DNA of 64,000 nt from Chthonomonadales bacterium (GCA_049967475.1 JBMFSQ010000003.1:73529-137528), one strand, 5' to 3'; shown: positions 1 through 10,856, counted from the stretch's first letter. The notes: generated by a model not told the origin, from the letters alone. Program-made: numbers and translations.

Positions 1-1961
1 AGATCCGCTTTCCGGTCCAGCCATTCCAACACGGTGGTGACATAAGCACTATGGCTCCAGGTAAGGGGAGCCACCGAGAGCGGCGCCCCTGTGTACGGAT
101 GGAGTTGCTCAGCCAGGACACCTGAAGCGAGGGCGCGGCGGGCTGCCCATTCCAGCACCTGGAGGGGTTCACCCAGATCGTCCAGAGATGCCGCACGGGC
201 GATCTGGTATTGCGCAACCCAAAGGGTGCATAGGAACCAGGGGTTGCCCGGAATTTGCCCGTCGCCCGCGTCAATGCGGTGGTAGGGGTCGTTTTCGTAC
301 CTGGCCAATCCGCCGACGGGAGTAGGAACCGTGAGGCGGGCGCGGAGTTGCGCAACGGTCTGCTCTACGCGCGCATCACTCGCGGGGATCATGCCGAAAA
401 AAACAAGACCCAGAACAGAAGCGTCAAGCGTGTAATCTGCCTCGAAGGTACCGGACGGATGCTTCTGGAGCGTGCGGACGAAGCGGCCGGCTTCGGGTCG
501 CCATAGAAGCGTCTCAACGGCACGTCGAATGCGCTGGGCAGCCTCCCGGTATTTTCGAGCGTGGCCGGCTTCCCCAAACGCGGCTGCAAAGTTGGCGGCA
601 GCCATGAGGCCTCCATACACGGCCCCTGCAGTCCAGGCGTGAACGCCCCAACGTTCTTCCCAAAGGTCGTACGAAGGCAACGGCAGTCCCGTGGCATGAT
701 CCACGTACCCTGCCATGAAATCTCCTGCCCGAATAATCACACTGCGGTACAGGGGCTTGATGTTCTCCACGTCGCCATATCGGTCAAAGTGCTTCCACAG
801 CGCCCAAATCACAAGGGCCGTCTCATCCTCCTGGATGGGGATTACGGGCTCCCCATCCTGGATCCAGGGATGCCAGGAACTTCCGGTACTCCCGTCGGGG
901 TTGTACTTGTGCAGGAAGTACCCTTCACGCGTGATGAGAGGCTGGCAGAAGCGGTAGAAGGCTGAGGCCGGCACGATCATTTCGGCTAGATCCAGGGAAT
1001 GCGCCACCAGCGCGCCGTCTCGCGGCCACATGTAGGAATATGTGTCTCGGTTGAACTGTTGATTGTCCGTGTCGTTTGCCGCGATGATGGCCCCGCCCGC
1101 GTCAATCTGCGTCCGGATGATGAGAAGGCTCCGCTTGAACTGCCGCACGACTTCAGCGGGCAGGCCGTCGAAATCAAAGGAGCTCTTGTTTACCCAAAGG
1201 GACCAATACGCCGCCGTGCGGTCGAGAAGCGTTTGGGGCCCCTTGTCCAGGATGAGCTGATTGAGGAGCGTAACCTCCTGGTAGCTTTCGCCTACGCAGA
1301 TCCAATAGAACAGGTCTGTTGGACGACCAGGCTGCACCAGCGCCGACACCGCAACGGTGGAGTCCACAGACCCCTGGGCGATGGGGTTCTTACTAAGGAC
1401 ACCGTCGCCCTCGGCATCACGCCATGTTCCTTCCTTGCCTTCGGATTCCTTGATACCCGTAGCATAGTCTCCGATGCCTCGGCCATCAGCTGTGCGGATG
1501 TTGATGAGGAAATACCTGGGCCCTTTGTAGTGGATGACGACGCCGAGGCGCGGATGGTAGTAGGCTGTGTCCCCAATCTCGAAGTCGGAGATATGGAAGT
1601 CGTGATGGAAAAACAGACGCACCTCCCGAGGATGGTCGGCCAGATTGTGGATGCGAACATGGCGAACGTAGATCGTCTCGTGAAAGTCCACGGCATCGCG
1701 GCAATCGAGGGCGATGCCGAGGGAGGTTGAGGTTAGGCGCACGCAAGACACCAAGGTGTCGTCTTCATAGTCTAGGGCGCGGGTCCATGTGTCGTCATGA
1801 ACCCACGAGAAGCGCCCCTCAGTCCAAACGCCGAAGCGGAAGGGGTGGCCCGCAGTATGGTTCTCGCCGCCGATGCGGGGGAAGTAGAGATCGCGAATGT
1901 GGTATTGGGCGTCGAAAGTTACCAAAAGGCGGCCATTGGCTAGTGGAATGTCTCGGGGCAC
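1..1961 (-). CDS. Glycoside hydrolase family 15 (glucoamylase-like), 3' end runs off the window
   Basis: Absent from the ORF track because it has no stop in the window. Manual translation from GTG at 1961 (GGAGG upstream) gives VPRDIPLANG..., YSYMWPRDG, SYDLWEE, LAEQLHP...PLTWSH, which are GH15 motifs. Confidence 0.9.
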   Translation of the reverse strand, partial: MPRDIPLANGRLLVTFDAQYHIRDLYFPRIGGENHTAGHPFRFGVWTEGRFSWVHDDTWTRALDYEDDTLVSCVRLTSTSLGIALDCRDAVDFHETIYVRHVRIHNLADHPREVRLFFHHDFHISDFEIGDTAYYHPRLGVVIHYKGPRYFLINIRTADGRGIGDYATGIKESEGKEGTWRDAEGDGVLSKNPIAQGSVDSTVAVSALVQPGRPTDLFYWICVGESYQEVTLLNQLILDKGPQTLLDRTAAYWSLWVNKSSFDFDGLPAEVVRQFKRSLLIIRTQIDAGGAIIAANDTDNQQFNRDTYSYMWPRDGALVAHSLDLAEMIVPASAFYRFCQPLITREGYFLHKYNPDGSTGSSWHPWIQDGEPVIPIQEDETALVIWALWKHFDRYGDVENIKPLYRSVIIRAGDFMAGYVDHATGLPLPSYDLWEERWGVHAWTAGAVYGGLMAAANFAAAFGEAGHARKYREAAQRIRRAVETLLWRPEAGRFVRTLQKHPSGTFEADYTLDASVLGLVFFGMIPASDARVEQTVAQLRARLTVPTPVGGLARYENDPYHRIDAGDGQIPGNPWFLCTLWVAQYQIARAASLDDLGEPLQVLEWAARRALASGVLAEQLHPYTGAPLSVAPLTWSHSAYVTTVLEWLDRKAD

Positions 1962-2028
1962 TGTGAGCCTCCAAAGAATGGCCCTGCAACCGTTGACTCG
2001 GGCCGAGCGATTTGATAGATTATGACCT

Positions 2029-2919
2029 ATGGAACAGGCGTCCATTGTGCATCTCGTTTTGCTGCTGATGGAAACGCCCGGTGTGGGCCCGCGAGCTGTG
2101 GCATCCGTGCTGCGCCGCGCCGCGGTTCTGCGCACGTGCCCAGAAGCGGTGATGCGCGCACCGCCTACCGTGCTGGCGGAACAGTACGGCCTGGGTCGGA
2201 AGCAAGCCGAGCGCTTTGCACAACTCGCCAGGGAACACAGAACAGTCGTCTGGGACATGGCACGGTGGCTGAGCCGGAACGGCGTGGCCGTGGTGACCTT
2301 GTCCGATGCCAGCTATCCTCAGCGGTTGCTGGGGCACATGGCGGATCCTCCTCCGGTCCTTTTCCTTTACGGGGAAGCGAGCTTGTTGGACGGCACACTC
2401 TTTGCCGTGGCCAATTCCAACAAAGCGCCGGAACCAATGCTGAAGGCGTGCGACCGGGCCGCTGAAGAGGCCAACGACGCCGGCCTCATCCTGGTAACAG
2501 GCCATAACCGCCTCGAATATCAAAGACCTGCCCTCGCTGTGCGCAGGAACGGCGGATCTGTGTGCACGGTGTTGGACCGGGGGCTGGTTCCCGGGTTCGG
2601 AGGCGATCTTACGCGGCCTCTCTTCGCCGCGGCCCGCATCTGGTCTTGTGTGTTCGACGTCCGCAAGGAACTTGCGCTTACCCCCTTTGCGCTCCACGAT
2701 TACGGCATCGGAGCGAACAACCGGAAGCGCGACGAGCTGATCTTCGCCCTGGCCGACGTCATTTATGCAGGCTTCCTTTTGCGCGGCGGCAGGATGGAGT
2801 ACTTCTGCACACAGGCGGCTGCCCGCGGCGCTGTTGTGCGCTATGTTGCGGATGGACCGCCCCGCGGATCGCCGGGGGATGCAAGCGCCCGCGCATCCTT
2901 CCGTGTCCCACCGCAGTAG
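2029..2919 (+). CDS. DprA/SMF-like DNA-processing protein (SLOG fold), divergent
   Basis: N-terminal PGVGP helix-hairpin, SDASYPQRL...DPPPVLFLYG and RKRDELIFALAD motifs. No C-terminal winged helix. Confidence 0.7.
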   Translation: MEQASIVHLVLLLMETPGVGPRAVASVLRRAAVLRTCPEAVMRAPPTVLAEQYGLGRKQAERFAQLAREHRTVVWDMARWLSRNGVAVVTLSDASYPQRLLGHMADPPPVLFLYGEASLLDGTLFAVANSNKAPEPMLKACDRAAEEANDAGLILVTGHNRLEYQRPALAVRRNGGSVCTVLDRGLVPGFGGDLTRPLFAAARIWSCVFDVRKELALTPFALHDYGIGANNRKRDELIFALADVIYAGFLLRGGRMEYFCTQAAARGAVVRYVADGPPRGSPGDASARASFRVPPQ

Positions 2920-2940
2920 CCTACGGAGAAAGGCAAGGCC

Positions 2941-4980
2941 GTGATCGGCACACGACCATTGAAGAAGCGCGCTGGGGAGAATGGCGGCGCAAAGGTGGGT
3001 CGTACGGCCGCGGGCAGTGCCTGGAGGGGCGTAACGCCGCGCGCCATCGCCGTTGCAATCCCGCTGGTAGCGGTGAATTGCTACTGGGTGCTGGAGACGG
3101 AGGGCATCTGGCACTCTAATCATGCCACCGCAATGTCGCTCTTTTGGAACACCACGTTTTTCCTGTTTGCGCTGGTGGTGCTCAATGTCTTCGTGTTGAA
3201 GCGCTTCGTGCCGCGCTTTGCCTTCAATCAAGGGGAGCTGATTACCATTTACGTCTTCATGACGCTGGGATCGGCGCTGGCAGGCCACGATTCGCTTCAA
3301 CTTGGGATTCCAGCGGTGGGCGGTTTCCCAGTGTGGTTCCAGAGCCAGCAGCCGACCCTGGGGTGGGACGCCTTCAACCGCTTCTTCCCCAACTGGGCTA
3401 TGGTGAAGGATCTGGACGTGCTGCGCCCGTACTACGAGGGGCTCGGCACACGCTTCCTGTACACCCGGCACAGCCTCTTGGCGTGGGCGACACCGGTTGC
3501 GTGGTGGTGCGCCTTCATCCTCGCCTTGGGAACCGTAATGATATGCCTCAATGTGTTCATCCGCAAGCAGTGGATGGAGAACGAGAAGCTCTCGTATCCC
3601 ATCGTTCAGCTCCCTATGGCCCTCACCCATGATGGAGGCACTCTCGATTTCTTCAGACAAAAGCCGTATTGGATCGGGTTTATGCTGGGTGCAGGTCTCG
3701 ACGCCTACAACGGCTTGGCCACCCTCTATCCGTCGTTCCCCTTGATCCCGGTGCGCCACGATTACGCGCCCCATAACCTAGGCCAATACTTCACAACCTA
3801 TCCATGGACCGCCGTCGGCGATCTTCCCTTGCCGCTTTATCCATTCATCATTGCTCTGGGGTATTTTCTTCCCCTGGATCTCTCGTTCTCGCTGTGGTTT
3901 TTCTATCTGTTCAAGAAGGGCCTCTTGGTGCTCACGGCTGCCCTGGGCATCGAGCAGACCGGGGCCCACACGTTTCCTTACCTCACAGAACAATCCTTCG
4001 GAGCATGGGCAGCCATCTTTGCCATGGCGGCGTGGACGGCCCGCCACCACCTGGCGGCAGTGTGGCGCAAGATCCTCACGAATGAAGGGTTGGATGACAG
4101 CGCCGAGCCCATGCGGTACCGGACGGCCTTTGTTCTTCTCGTTGCGTCAAGCGCGTTTTTGATCTACTTCTGCCTTCGGGCTGGGATGACGCTCGCGGCC
4201 GTCGTTGCGTGTTTCGGCATCTACTTTTTGATCTCTGTGGGCATCACGCGGATCCGAGCGGAACTGGGCCCTCCCGCCCATGAGATGGCAGGCAATATGA
4301 ACGCGCCCTACCTCATGTCGTTGTTCGCCGGCACTGCAGGAGTGGGGTTGCCCAGCCTTACGATGATGACCATGTTTTGGTGGTTTACAGGCCGGGGGTA
4401 CCGCACACATCCTATGCCGTCCCAGTTGGAAGCATTCAAGATGGCAAGTCAGCCGGGGGTAGATATGCGCGGGCTGGGAGCCGCGATGATGCTCGCCATG
4501 CTGGTGGGCGGCTTCTTCAGTTTTTGGGCAGCGATCCACCTTCAATACAACGCCGGCGTCAACGTGATGACTGCGCACAACTGGGGGCAATTTCATTGGC
4601 TCAAAAGCCAGATAGATGCGCCGCAAACGGCCACGCGCAACCTTGCAGGGCAATACGCCGTAGGGGTAGGCGCGGTGGCGGCTGTGGCGATGATGTGGAT
4701 GCGCACGCGTTTCTTGTGGTGGCCTTTTCACCCCGCCGGATACGCCATCTCTATGACCTTCGGGGCGGAGTACTATTGGAGCTGCCTCCTCATCAGCACA
4801 TTGGTTAAGTTCTTGGTCCTCCGGTATGGCGGGTATCGCCTCAACCGGCGGGTGATGCCGTTCATGTTCGGCTTGATCCTGGGTGAATATCTGGTGGGAG
4901 CAGGGTGGAGCTTCCTTTCGGTGTTGCTGAACAGCGGCCGGTATATCAACATCCGGACGTATGACTTTTGCCCAGGATAA
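2941..4980 (+). CDS. DUF6785/DUF6784-like polytopic membrane protein (putative transporter)
   Basis: 679 aa with many TM segments; motifs RKQWMENEKLSYP, TRIRAELG, WWPFHPAGY, FMFGLILGE. Confidence 0.7.
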   Translation: MIGTRPLKKRAGENGGAKVGRTAAGSAWRGVTPRAIAVAIPLVAVNCYWVLETEGIWHSNHATAMSLFWNTTFFLFALVVLNVFVLKRFVPRFAFNQGELITIYVFMTLGSALAGHDSLQLGIPAVGGFPVWFQSQQPTLGWDAFNRFFPNWAMVKDLDVLRPYYEGLGTRFLYTRHSLLAWATPVAWWCAFILALGTVMICLNVFIRKQWMENEKLSYPIVQLPMALTHDGGTLDFFRQKPYWIGFMLGAGLDAYNGLATLYPSFPLIPVRHDYAPHNLGQYFTTYPWTAVGDLPLPLYPFIIALGYFLPLDLSFSLWFFYLFKKGLLVLTAALGIEQTGAHTFPYLTEQSFGAWAAIFAMAAWTARHHLAAVWRKILTNEGLDDSAEPMRYRTAFVLLVASSAFLIYFCLRAGMTLAAVVACFGIYFLISVGITRIRAELGPPAHEMAGNMNAPYLMSLFAGTAGVGLPSLTMMTMFWWFTGRGYRTHPMPSQLEAFKMASQPGVDMRGLGAAMMLAMLVGGFFSFWAAIHLQYNAGVNVMTAHNWGQFHWLKSQIDAPQTATRNLAGQYAVGVGAVAAVAMMWMRTRFLWWPFHPAGYAISMTFGAEYYWSCLLISTLVKFLVLRYGGYRLNRRVMPFMFGLILGEYLVGAGWSFLSVLLNSGRYINIRTYDFCPG

Positions 4981-5243
4981 AGGGAATCCAGTTGTACAAT
5001 TTATTAAGGAGCAAGGTTCGCTTGTATCGCACGCGTCCGGCATATCATGATCTCATCCGCCGGCTAAGGCTGTTCCGGATGCAAGCACACAGGAGGCTAA
5101 ACAATTTTCATGACCGGGGAAGGAATCCGGGCTATGCATGCAGAAATGGGGAGACGTAAAAGCACTTTAACGTCCGTGTGCGAGGAGCGCACATGCGTGG
5201 GCTTCGCGCCCACAGGGGAACTGTGTGGGGGAGGAGGCGTGCG

Positions 5244-5465
5244 ATGGAAGTGAGCAAGGGTGTGGCGGCAGCCGTGATTGCCCTCGTGATCGCAGTTATC
5301 GCGGCAGTTGGTTACTTCATGTTCCTGAAGCCCAAAGGGCAGCCTTCGGAGCCCGTCAAGAAGATGTATCTGCAGCACGGTCTAGACAAGCCGCAAAACT
5401 ACGGCGCTCCCGGCATGGGAGGCGCACCACAGCCGGGTGGGCCGGGCTCTGGAGGGCCTCAGTGA
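5244..5465 (+). CDS. Small single-TM protein with Pro/Gly-rich tail (73 aa)
   Basis: GAGGAGG SD before ATG 5244; hydrophobic stretch VAAAVIALVIAVIAAVGYFMF. Confidence 0.75.
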   Translation: MEVSKGVAAAVIALVIAVIAAVGYFMFLKPKGQPSEPVKKMYLQHGLDKPQNYGAPGMGGAPQPGGPGSGGPQ

Positions 5466-5573
5466 TTTCGGTTTTGCTGGCCGCAAGGCCATTCCGGCCG
5501 TCGGCGGGCCAGGAGTGGTTTGGGCATAGACGGCTTCTCCAATCTGGAGAGTACTAACGAAAGGAGCAGATGT

Positions 5574-6380
5574 ATGAACGCCAAAGCTCGAGGACCAGGT
5601 TTTACGCTCATCGAATTGCTCGTAGTGATTGCGATCATTGCCATTCTGGCCGCGATCCTCTTCCCGGTCTTTGCCCAGGCCCGGGAGGCAGCCCGGAAGA
5701 GCTCGTGCGCCAGTAACCTCAAGCAGCTTACGCTCGGTTGCTTGATGTACCAATCCGACTATGATGGGCGCATGGTAAACGGGGGGTATGACTGCTGGAG
5801 TGCTGCTCCGGGGTCCGGATGCAGCCAAAACAATCCGCAGCCGACCATCCAGTGGCAGTGGGTGATCTTCCCGTATGTAAGGAACTGGCAGATCTATCGC
5901 TGCCCTACGGACCCGCGCCCCCTGGAGAATACGTTCATCAGCTATTCGATCAATAACTGGGCCAGTGATCCCAGCAACCGGCCAGGCGGGCTCAATGAAG
6001 CCGTATTGGTGCGGCCGGCGGAAACAGCGCTCCTCCAGGAAGGGCTGAATACGGGTTGGGCGGATAACGCGCGGCATGCAGAAGCCTTGAAGATGATCGG
6101 CGACTACACCACATGGACCCAGTGGAACCGCGTAACCCATGACAACCCCGACTGGAACTGGAGCGATCAGTTGCCTCGCCACAACGGTGGAAACAACGTG
6201 TCGTTCCGGGACGGGCACGTGAAGTTCTTCCGCATGGTTCCTTATTGCCAGGCGAATAAAACCACGGGGAATGCCCTCAAGTGGCAGCAGTACATGTCCA
6301 ATGATCGCGCAAAGTGGAACCCCGCGTGGGATTGGGACATGGATTTCGGCGAGCCGAAGCCTGGAAGCGGCTGCCAGTAG
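5574..6380 (+). CDS. Prepilin-type N-terminal cleavage/methylation protein (DUF1559, H-X9-DG)
   Basis: [40 protein letters not shown] and [13 protein letters not shown]; AAGGAG SD before ATG 5574. Confidence 0.92.
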   Translation: MNAKARGPGFTLIELLVVIAIIAILAAILFPVFAQAREAARKSSCASNLKQLTLGCLMYQSDYDGRMVNGGYDCWSAAPGSGCSQNNPQPTIQWQWVIFPYVRNWQIYRCPTDPRPLENTFISYSINNWASDPSNRPGGLNEAVLVRPAETALLQEGLNTGWADNARHAEALKMIGDYTTWTQWNRVTHDNPDWNWSDQLPRHNGGNNVSFRDGHVKFFRMVPYCQANKTTGNALKWQQYMSNDRAKWNPAWDWDMDFGEPKPGSGCQ

Positions 6381-6502
6381 GAACCAATCGAAGTCAGCGA
6401 CTGCTGGAGTCCGCGTGATCAGCGAACCTGTGCGCCGGCGGCGGGGCAAAGGCGCCTCGCCTCCGGTGCACAAATGTGGCTTTCTTGTGTAGCTAAGTAC
6501 CT

Positions 6503-7834
6503 GTGTTCGAAAAGCAATATGCCATGATCCTCCAAAGATTGGGCCGCGGGCTCTTGGCGCCACGGAAGCATGGTGCAATCATTGTGGTGTTGATGGTACT
6601 GTTGGGTGCCGGGGGCATCGCGTGGCTCCTTCGTCGTGGGTCGGCTCCGCCGGATTTTTCCCGCATGACGGACAGCCAATTGAGCGCGTTGGCGAGGACC
6701 CATCCGTCCGTGGCGGTATTGGGTACTCTCTTCCAGCGTACTTTGCGCCGTGGTGCATGCGATCAGTCCCTCTCCATAGCCCAAGAGATGGTGCGCCGAT
6801 ATCCCCAAGATGCTCGGGCCCACAATGCCCTGGGGATCGCCTTTGTGTCGGTAGACCGGCTGGAGGACGCGCACCGAGAATTTACGACCTCCATTACGCT
6901 TGATCCACGGCGCATCGAAGGATACGTGAACCTCGGCCGCCTTGCTATGAAGATGCGCAATTATGACCGCGCGAAGATCGAGTTTGATCGGGCGACGGCA
7001 GTGGACCCGAATTCCGCTTCGGCCTGGCGCGGCTTGGGTGAGGCGGAGGCGGCGTTGGGCGAGCGGAGCCCCGTGTCCGAGGCGCTACAGAAGGCCATCG
7101 CGCTCGCCCCGCATGATCCTGCTGCTTACGTAGATTTGGGCTGCTTCCACGCGGAGATGGGGCGCAACGAAGAGGGCCGTGCACTTCTCCAGAAGGCCTT
7201 CGATCTGGGCGATCGCTCCGGCAAACTCTATGCAGGGCTCACTATGGCCTACGCCGATCAGCCCCAATCACAGGACGAACTCAACCGGGCTCTTCAATGT
7301 GCGGCTGAGGCCGAGAAGCGCGGGGACCAAAGTTCCTTGCTCTTCTATGCAAAAGGACTGGCGCTGCAAAGGTTAGGCCGTTACAAGGAAGCCATCGGCG
7401 TCTACCGCCAGGCGGTTACCGTAAGCCCCAACGCCAATGGGCCATGGATTGGGCTTTCGCAGTGTTACCGGGCACTCGGTAGAATGGATATCGCCGAGGA
7501 GGCAGCGCGTATCGGGGAGCGGCTGCTGACGCAGAGGCAGAAGATAGGCAACCTGGAACACCAGATTCAATCCAGCCCCGACAGGCTCGATCTGAGGGAA
7601 CAGTATGCCGGCATCATGATGGCCAATCACCAATACCTGCTCGCGGCCGACCAATACCGGTATATTGCCCAACATGAGCCCGGCGATCCCAAGGCCTGGC
7701 TCAAGGTAGCCCGAGCGTTCGAGCTGGGCGGCAAGCCGGATCTGGCGAAGTATCTGCGCGCCTATGTCCGCGACACAACGGCGCATGCCAGCCGCGCCCG
7801 CAGTCTCCCCGCGGCTGTAGCGGCCAAGTTCTGA
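6503..7834 (+). CDS. Membrane-anchored tetratricopeptide repeat protein
   Basis: N-terminal TM helix plus repeated TPR motifs (AHNALG, GYVNLG, AWRGLG, AYVDLG). Start uncertain. Confidence 0.85.
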   Translation: MFEKQYAMILQRLGRGLLAPRKHGAIIVVLMVLLGAGGIAWLLRRGSAPPDFSRMTDSQLSALARTHPSVAVLGTLFQRTLRRGACDQSLSIAQEMVRRYPQDARAHNALGIAFVSVDRLEDAHREFTTSITLDPRRIEGYVNLGRLAMKMRNYDRAKIEFDRATAVDPNSASAWRGLGEAEAALGERSPVSEALQKAIALAPHDPAAYVDLGCFHAEMGRNEEGRALLQKAFDLGDRSGKLYAGLTMAYADQPQSQDELNRALQCAAEAEKRGDQSSLLFYAKGLALQRLGRYKEAIGVYRQAVTVSPNANGPWIGLSQCYRALGRMDIAEEAARIGERLLTQRQKIGNLEHQIQSSPDRLDLREQYAGIMMANHQYLLAADQYRYIAQHEPGDPKAWLKVARAFELGGKPDLAKYLRAYVRDTTAHASRARSLPAAVAAKF

Positions 7835-9567
7835 TGAGCTTAGGGTTCCCTCCTGTTAGCCGGTTGAGCGGCAAGGCCGCCGTTCCGATCCTTTGGAGCT
7901 GCTTGCTGCTGCCGATTTGGGGTTGCAGCGTGCCTCATAGCCGGGCATCCCGGACGCCTCAGACACGTTTCCTCTTTTCGGAAATCGCCCAGAAGGCAGG
8001 CATCCGCTTTGTTCATCGCAATGGTCAGGGCGCGGGTGCCAACATCATCGAGACAACCGGCACCGGCTGCGGGGTGTTCGATTACGACAACGACGGCTAA
8101 TTGGATCTCTACCTCGTGAATGGAAAATCTCCACCGGGTGACGGCAACCACCTTTATCATAACAACGGAGATGGAACCTTTACAGACGTCACTGCAAAGG
8201 CCGGCGTGGCAGGGTTGGGGCACGGCTTCGGCATGGGCTGTACAGTGGGCGACTACGATGGGGACGGATGGCTTGACCTGTACGTAACGTACTATGGGCA
8301 CAACATCCTTTATCGCAACGAAGGGAATGGAGCCTTCCGGGACGTAACAGCTAAGGCTGGAGTAGCAGCCGGCGGCTTCTCCACTTCGGCCGTCTTTGCA
8401 GACTTCGACGGTGACGGCCGGCCGGATCTGTATGTGGCGCGGTATTGCCAAATCACAAAAGACACCAAGCTCATCTGCTACCTCAAGGGGTACCCTTCGA
8501 GCTGTCCTCCGTATTACTACCCTCCCGAACCCGATGTGATGTACCGGAACATGGGGAACGGGACCTTCCGTGACGTAACCCGTGAGTGGGGGCTCCAGGA
8601 AAGCTCAGGCAGGGGATTGGCTACGGTGGCTGTGGACTATGACCGCGACGGACTGCTGGACCTGTTCGTTACCAATGACGGCTCGCCGAACTTTCTGTAC
8701 CGGAACTTGGGCCGCGGCCGCTTCAAGAGCGTAGGGGCCCTCGAAGGTGTCGCACTCACCGACGCCGGCGCCGCCGTGGCGAACATGGGCTGTGACTTCG
8801 GAGACTTCATGGGAGATGGTACGTTTGGCGTGGTGACCGGCGTGTTCGAGAACGAGGAAAAGCCTCTCTGGCGTTATGAGCGCGGAATGGGTTTCCAGTA
8901 TTACACGCGTCAATCGGGATTGAGCGCTCCCACGTTGAGCCTTTTGACCTGGGGCATCGGTTTCGAGGACTTTGACAACGACGGCCGCCTAGATTTATTC
9001 ATGGCCAACGGCCACGTTCAGGATCATGCAGACCAGATTGATCCGCGCTCTCATTACCGCCAGCCTCGAACCTACTTCGTCAACGTGGGCAACGGCCGCT
9101 TCGAAGAGCGCACGGCAGAAGGCGGGCCCGCCCTCACGACGCCGGCGGTGGGTCGCGGCGCGGCCTTCGGTGACCTGTTCAACGACGGAGGAATAGACGT
9201 ATTGGTCAACAACAATAACGGACCCGCCATGCTGGTACGCAACGATCAGCCGCGACGGAATTGGGTGGAATTGCGGCTCCTGTCGCGCGGGCCAAACTGG
9301 GAGGCCATCGGGGCCGTAGTGGAATTGGAGGCAGGGGACGTGAAACAAACGCGCTTTGTGCATACCAGCTATAGTTTTGCGTCGGCGAATGACCCGCGGG
9401 TGCACTTTGGCCTAGGCAGTGCCTCGAAGGTGGATCGGGTGAAGGTGGCTTGGCCGGACGGCCGGAAAAGCGAATATGCGGGCGTTCCGGTGAACCGCAT
9501 CGTAACACTCGTGGAGCCTGGCGCAGCCGTTCCGCATACCCTTAGGCGCCTGTTGACTTCGCGCTGA
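7834..9567 (+). pseudogene. CRTAC1-family (FG-GAP + ASPIC/UnbV) lipoprotein interrupted by in-frame TAA at 8098-8100
   Basis: ORFs 7834-8100 and 8101-9567 are contiguous and in frame, reading FDYDNDG*LDLYLVNG. Lipobox-like IWGC, several DxDxDGxxD repeats, C-terminal VHFGLG. Confidence 0.8.
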
Positions 9568-9587
9568 TCGGGGCGGGGTAAGCCGCA

Positions 9588-10856
9588 TCAGGGCTGTTTC
9601 GCTGCGGGGGCCTTGTTCTTCGTGACCTGGGGTGCAGTGGCGGTTGTTGCCGTTTGCTGTTTGAGGCGGGCAATAGCTCTTTGGTTCCCCGGATCCATGG
9701 AAAGGGCTGCAACGAAAGCCTTTCGTCCCTCAGACGGATTGCCGAGCGAGATGTCTAGATCGCCGAGGCGCAGCAGATTTCCGGGCACATCTTCTCCCTT
9801 TTCGATGGCCCGAAGAACGATTTCCCGTTCAGCGCTCCATTTGGCAAGCGGCGCCAAACGCTGGCCGATGGCACGTGCTTCTGCGTTGCGCCCGCTCTGT
9901 TGGTAGAAATCCCGCAGCATCGTGAGCGCCTCTACGCTGTAGGGGTTCGCGTCTACGGCGTGCTCCAGGGCTTGGCCGGCATCGCCGCGGTTTCCTTCAC
10001 TGAGCCACACTCGAGCGGCTTCGATGTAAGCGGGTGCCTTGTTCGCGGCAAACTCGGCTACGCGGGTGAGCTCCTGCATGCCGCGGACACGGTCGGGCCC
10101 TTGGCGGGTGGTCAAGAGAGCACGTGCAAGCTGGAGGCGGGCTTCGAGATCCGATGGGTCGGCCCTGAGGGCTGCTTCCAGCTCCTTGCGGGCTTCGGCC
10201 ACGCGGCCTGCGGCGAGAAGAGCCGCCCCAAAGGGCCCGTGAAGTGCGCTCGATCTCGGATCCATACTTTGCGCGCGCGAGAATGCCCTTACTGCCGCAT
10301 CGGGGTGGCCCAGAAGCATCTCCAGGCGCCCGAGCGCAAGCCACGCCTCGCGCCTAGATGGATTGATGGCGAGGCCGGCCATCAATTCGTCCTTGGCAGC
10401 CTCTCTACGGAACGTCTCGTCGAGAATGGCTGCGAGGATGAAGTGTGCTTCCGTCTTGTGCGGCCAGAGCTCGATCGTCTTGCGGAGGACGCGTTCGGAC
10501 ACGGCCCAGTTCCCGCGGGCAAATTCGCACCGAGCCCAACCCGTCCAGGCTTCGGATGCCACGGGGTTTATGGCAGCAGCCCGTTGATAGGCCTTAGCTG
10601 CAGGAGGAAAATCGCCGGACCGCTCCAGTCGCCGGGCCAGCTCGTAGACGACGGCAAACGGAGCATGAGGGCGCGCTGCGGCCTGCCGGAGGGCTGCGTT
10701 AGGCATCCGGGACGCCTGCCACCTCTGAATGGCGCCAGTCATGGCCAACCGCAACGCAATGCCGGCCAGAATGACTGCAATCGAGGCGACGATAATTCGG
10801 CGCATGCGCTTTCGTGAGGCTTGCAGAAGCGGCTGCGGATCGGGCGGTAGTGCCAT
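9588..10856 (-). CDS. Membrane-anchored tetratricopeptide repeat protein
   Basis: N-terminal TM helix plus TPR motifs (AWLALG, ARLQLA, LLRLGD). Confidence 0.85.
   Translation of the reverse strand: MALPPDPQPLLQASRKRMRRIIVASIAVILAGIALRLAMTGAIQRWQASRMPNAALRQAAARPHAPFAVVYELARRLERSGDFPPAAKAYQRAAAINPVASEAWTGWARCEFARGNWAVSERVLRKTIELWPHKTEAHFILAAILDETFRREAAKDELMAGLAINPSRREAWLALGRLEMLLGHPDAAVRAFSRAQSMDPRSSALHGPFGAALLAAGRVAEARKELEAALRADPSDLEARLQLARALLTTRQGPDRVRGMQELTRVAEFAANKAPAYIEAARVWLSEGNRGDAGQALEHAVDANPYSVEALTMLRDFYQQSGRNAEARAIGQRLAPLAKWSAEREIVLRAIEKGEDVPGNLLRLGDLDISLGNPSEGRKAFVAALSMDPGNQRAIARLKQQTATTATAPQVTKNKAPAAKQP

Noticed and set aside
2020-3774. 584-aa minus-strand ORF
   Set aside because: Antisense shadow of the DprA-like and DUF6785-like genes; no motifs, and such ORFs are expected at high GC.
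8098-8100. Alternative genetic code (TAA or TGA reassigned genome-wide)
   Set aside because: TAA, TAG and TGA all terminate conserved full-length genes elsewhere in the window, and only two isolated in-frame stops were seen.
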